Below, piece after piece: positions 59,221-64,000 of a stretch of DNA of 64,000 nt. The notes under the pieces are model-generated. The model was not told where the DNA came from and did no database searches. It was given only the letters and a program-made list of their open reading frames with translations. A program made the position numbers and the translations under genes. Positions within the stretch are counted from its first letter, which is position 1, and each line of letters opens with the position of its first letter. Source of the stretch: Takakia lepidozioides (lineage: Eukaryota > Plantae > Bryophyta); the NCBI GenBank assembly GCA_030704615.1, contig CM060733.1, positions 28,458,001 to 28,522,000 of the forward strand, read 5' to 3'.

Positions 59221-61239
59221 GTCGGCGACGTGGCTGCTCAAGTGGCGATATTTTACCTGGTACTTTTTTTACTAAAATATTCCCGGAACCTGACGTGACG
59301 GAGGTCCGTTAACGTCAGGTCTGCGTGTCTGTGCCTTGCATGTACATAGCCTAGGTAATGTACAGTCTTTTGGAATATAGACATTTCAATTTACCTTTCC
59401 TCCAAGATGAGTTTTTTTTTCTTTGTTTTCTTTTCTTTTCCTTATATTTGGGAAAAAATTATCCAATAGCATGTGGATGTAAGTGGTTGGCAATCGGCAT
59501 GATAGCATAAGTTTGATCCGAAATGCTACTTAATATTTCATAAAGAAATACTAGTAATAAGATGTGATGATACAAAGATGAGTGAAATATCCCGAGGTAT
59601 ATTTTTAATTAATTAATTTACATAAATGGGATGGATGCCATTTTCATCAAAATAAAAGTTTGAGGAAAAAATAACCTTGACAGATGTATTTTAAATGTTG
59701 AAAAAATCTTAGTTTGCTAGCAATGGCTTCTACCTTAGACATTGGTTACTTGTATTGTACCAGCCATCGTTTACTTTTTCCAAAAAAGAACACCCATGCG
59801 TGGAAATCCAGCCGTATTATTTTGTAATTCCCACTGGGTATTTTGTGCTTACCTACCTGGCAAGGTTATTGGCAAATTTTGAAGCCAATCAGCATGGATC
59901 TGGCAAAATGCTACCGTTGCAAATTTGGGCAAATTGAGATTTTTATTTTTATTTTTGTTATTTTTCAGTTCTAGGATTTTTTTTATAAATTTTTTCAATA
60001 TCTGGATGACATCCAAATGGCCTAAGGGTTTACATGTTTCGTCCTCGCGAGACAACCGTTTCAACGAGCTATAGATCACTGGAATTGGATGAGATCACAG
60101 AACATGGAAAATGGTCAAAGCAAGGGGGGTTTTGTGTGAACAATGCAGCATTAACAAGTGGCTAGTCGCGTAATGGCTCCACCCTAAGATTCTAAATAGA
60201 AAATTTCCTTAAAATGTTGTATTAGAATAAGATAACACATATTCAAAGTATATAACATGTTCTGCCTAAGAAGAAAGTTTACTTATTTATAAAACAGGGG
60301 ACAAAGGCGAAATTTTATTGATGTAGGAATTAAATATTGATGTGTGATATTACAAAACTAATCATTAAATTTACTAATTATTAAAATATAGAAATATTTG
60401 TTGAAATACTAACTGGAATACTAGAATATAGAAATATTTGCTGAAAACTGGCTGAAACATTAAAATACTTGCTAAATTCTTGATTGAAATACTGAAATAT
60501 TGAAATTTTGATGTACTGAAATTTTGTAGGCATTTGAATTTAATTGGTTTAAATACCCTATATCTGACCAACAAAACCACAACACTCAATAGCTGATCTT
60601 ACCAGCAATTCTTTTGTAGAGATTGCATTGCCCCCATAGCTGAAATTGAAATCAAATGGACAAGACAGTGATGAATCGGTTATCTTCCTTTCTTCCAGGC
60701 ATAACAAGTTATGTCATCTCTGGTTTTTCCCTCTCAAGACCAGAATAATGAATGCAGCTCACAAGGTAAGATAATTACCCACAGATGCACCCTTCCCTTC
60801 TTGGTTTATTTTACTGGCACCCCATGCATGTGAGCTTGCTAACTAACTCTCTAGTTTTTCCCTCTTAATATCAAGGGACTCCAGCTCATAATGTAAGATT
60901 ACTAGTCATGCATCCATGTTCTTTCTAATCAAGGTTCAGAATCATTTGGTAAAAGGGTTGGCTCAAATCTCTCTTGCATGGTATTTCTTTAGTCATGCAG
61001 CTTATCTGGAAATCCAGAATGTGGGGCATCTATCCTTCACACAATCTCATCATATAGCTCATGTGATTGATACTCCGTGTAGTGAACTTAATAAACTCAA
61101 CTCTGGGTTTTTCTCCTTAAACTTATAAAAACCCAGTCAGGTTATCACGGCCGACACTCGAGGCGACATTCATAACGCCAGTATTGATGCATTACAGACA
61201 AACTTTAAACTCCCTATCCCCTCCATTCATAATGCTTCA

Positions 61240-61558
61240 AATGCTGCAAACGAATAAAGAGCCGTACTTGTTGAACAAACCCTCGAAACTTTGATCTCGT
61301 TCCATCAAACTTTTCAGGCCTACTGACCTTGGGTTCTTTAGTTCGTTGTTGTATTGACGTCGCGACTGTACTAGAAGTGCCCGGGCGGCCTGTATTGGTT
61401 TCACGTAGCTCTTGAATTTGTCGTTGGAGATCTTGGATAGCTGAAGCTAAAACTTGAGGTCGATCGGCTTGGAGTTGGAAGTTTGTCTCTTGAAGTTCTT
61501 GAAGTTGTCGTTGAAGATCATGCATCATTGCAATGATTGCAGCAAGATATTCTTCCAT
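61240..61558 (-). pseudogene. gag: N-terminal gag fragment of a Ty3/gypsy element
   Basis: Coiled coil followed by KEPKVSRPEKFDGTRSKFRGFVQQVRLFIRLQ, then truncated. Confidence 0.8.
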
Positions 61559-61617
61559 AACAATTTATGAGACACACGACAAAAATGAAAAAAAAAAAAA
61601 AAACAGTCTCGCCAAAC

Positions 61618-62015
61618 TGTCACGGACGAGATAATGCTAAACTATAGAGGACTCAATAGAAACTCAATGGATAGAAGTGCAATCTTTATATATGATAGAA
61701 CAAGAACACAAGATGCTGGACTGGAACTAGAGAATACCTCAAGATTGTGTTAGCGAGACTGAGGGGTCCTCTGTCTCGCTCCTATTTATACTCCATACTC
61801 TAGTTCTCTAAGGATTCTTCTGGAGAAGCTTCCTTGCTGCTAAGGAAGTTTCTTGGAAGTTTCCTAACCGCTTATAGATGAAGCTTCTTAAGAAGTTTCT
61901 TTATTTTGTAGGAAGTTTCTTAGGGAGTTTCCTAGCTAGCTTAGGGATCTTCTAGAAAGGTCTAGAATGTTATGAATGAAGTTTCTAAAAGCTTCTAAGA
62001 AGGTCGTAGATATAT
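61618..62015 (-). mobile_element. 5' LTR (outer end not resolved) with TATA box and HSE-like array
   Basis: Ends ...CCGTGACA followed by GTTTGGCG (PBS-like). TATAAATA at 61783-61790. Repeated GAAnnTTC upstream. Confidence 0.7.
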
Positions 62016-62949
62016 GGTGTAGTTTTATTTATGTTTGTGGCCAAAACTGACCGATTTGGATTCCCTTCCGCTCTGGATTTGGGAAAAAAATGAGGACAGA
62101 ACTACTTTGTTGTACAGTATGCATGTGTCTAACCAATTGGTGGCTGTGGCATGGTTTGAGAACAAACATGTGACATTGCTATCAACAGCCACCAGTTGGA
62201 TAGAGCACTGACTGCCACCTAGGTGATTCTGGGTTAAAATCCTGCTACCTTGTCGGGTATGGTATATCTTCTCCCCCTTCCCTTGGGCAGTGTCCCTAGA
62301 GACTTGTGCTTGGCGCCTCATGGCAAGGTTACTATGAAAGAGGTTAATTTCTCCTCCCAATATAATTAAGGGGCCTGATTTGTGAGTGGTCATTCCCGGG
62401 TATTTCCCTTTCAAAAAAATAAATAATCCATCTATGACTTTTTTTTTCAAACATTTTGGTGATACTAGAGATTGTTTCCATGGCGAAACCTATGTGGGAG
62501 TTGATTGTATTTGTAAAGTTTGGCGATACCCCAAAATTTCCCCGACTAAGTAATAAACCTTTTTAGATAACATTTTTAGAGGTTTTTTGGGCATGACCAG
62601 AGATTATTTCCTTGGCGAAACTTACTTACAGATCTAATGTGTTTTATAGATTTTGGCGAAACCCAAGATGATTTTGCCATCAAAACTTATTTGGAAATTA
62701 AATGTAGATTTTGGTGAAACCCACAATGATTTGCTTGTTAAATATCTTGTTTTACATTTATCAAGACCTTGTTTTTTAATTTTGTTTCATTTCATCTTAT
62801 TTTATAACAGTGCTCTTTCCTCTAAAAATAAATAAACAAAATAATATACAATGGCGATCATCCGTTCTGGCTACATGCACCGTTTATCATGGAACTGATA
62901 AAAAAATAAAAAGTAAAAAAGTAAAAGTAGCAACGGATAAAATGGGATA

Positions 62950-63116
62950 AAGTTTCTTTAACGTCCAGTGAATTTACAGAGCCTACTGCTCAACACACAG
63001 GCCATCAAGGGCCCAATGGACGGTCTGAAGGCACATGTTGGAGGATTGAACCCAGGATCACCTAGGTTATGCACAGGCAAGGCACAAACACCCAACCACT
63101 GGGCTACCTGCTCAAC
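62950..63116 (-). mobile_element. tRNA-derived SINE
   Basis: Minus strand GGTAGCCCAGTGGTT (A box) ... GGGTTCAATCC (B box), with a body shared with 30733-30860. Confidence 0.7.
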
Positions 63117-63329
63117 GGAGCCTATTTACTCCTGAAGGTCTAATGTCGTGGGGGTACAACCCTAACCGTGGATTGTGTTCACACAATACCAACCCCTAGT
63201 TTTCCCTTGGGTTCGTCCCTCACCTCATGTTAGGATAGAAGGCTTATGACTGTTCATCTATGGATGAATTTTCATCATTTTTAATTTATTTTTTAAAAGA
63301 AAAGATGTGGGGCATCCCAACACCGTGAC

Positions 63330-64000
63330 ACTTGGAACTACCTTCATGACCAAATGTGATTGGTCATGAAGTTCACACAAAGTTCAGAAAGCTGTCTGAA
63401 CCCTGACCCTATGACCAATCACGTTTTTGTTTTTCCCTTTGGGGGTTTTTATCAAATAATTGTTTGCCAAGTGACAAAAATGAGCAGTCTTGGGGCCAGG
63501 CAGGGCTCCCACGCTGCCCATCCTGTAGAGCGTCGAGAGAACAGAAGAGATGCGATCCAGGAGCTCCCGTCAAGTTTCCGAACGACCTTCTTCTTGGTCA
63601 GAATGCCTATAAGCAAAGAGCTTAGTAAAGTAATCCGCTGCCACAGCAGCCATGCCTTGGGACTTGATGTGCACAGCGAGTAGAGGTAGATGTGCCTTTG
63701 CTTACTAGGTAGTCTTCGAAAAAAGTATGTGTTCATTTTTTCACCCTGCATCAGGAACCACTTGATGCCCAGCTTGTTGCCTTCTCCCTTTAGCATGAGC
63801 CTTCAGCATTCCAAATTCCTAACTAACCTGGAGACATGCTCATCCATACATTTATGCCTCCCATCCTGGAAAATAGAAACTACAATCCCCTTTCATTTGG
63901 GAAAAGAAAGAACCCTCAACTTAGAAACAGACGAAGGGAAAGTTTGCTTGTATAACGTTCAGTGAAGGGAACCCTCAACTTAGAAACAACTTGTGGAGAA
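63330..64000 (-). mobile_element. Degraded non-LTR (L1-like) retrotransposon ORF2 relic
   Basis: IKWFLMQGEKMNTYFFR resembles the W...GE..TK.FF motif between endonuclease and RT. GFRQLSELC downstream resembles RPISLC. Confidence 0.45.

Overview
Eukaryotic land-plant genomic DNA, judged from spliceosomal introns, a plant GH9 cellulase, PLS-class PPR fragments and a Ty3 LTR with a tRNA-iMet primer site. A seed-free plant such as a bryophyte is my inference, not something the sequence proves. The window is very repeat-rich and has one intact gene: an 8-exon secreted GH9 endo-1,4-beta-glucanase (21851-25774, +). That gene lies in the left arm of a ~6.3-kb inverted (tail-to-tail) duplication. The right arm holds a pseudogene copy whose exon 2 is flipped to antisense. 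The remainder is mobile or repeat DNA: (1) a decayed, intron-containing Sola2-type DDD transposase whose apparent end (CAGGGTTGACTGGACCAAAA) is shared with local MITEs; (2) a decayed VNW/coiled-coil/RING gene; (3) a ~1.5-kb foldback capped by outward-facing tRNA-derived Pol III units; (4) a tandemly amplified dead PPR fragment; (5) a Helitron-like satellite carrier and a Tourist MITE; (6) two arrays of ~26-bp hairpins bracketing a Ty3 fragment, a hierarchical ~120-bp/~1-kb satellite and an orphan ORF; (7) an LTR packed with heat-shock-element-like motifs, tRNA-derived SINEs and a LINE relic. All alignments, identities and counts were made by eye and are approximate.
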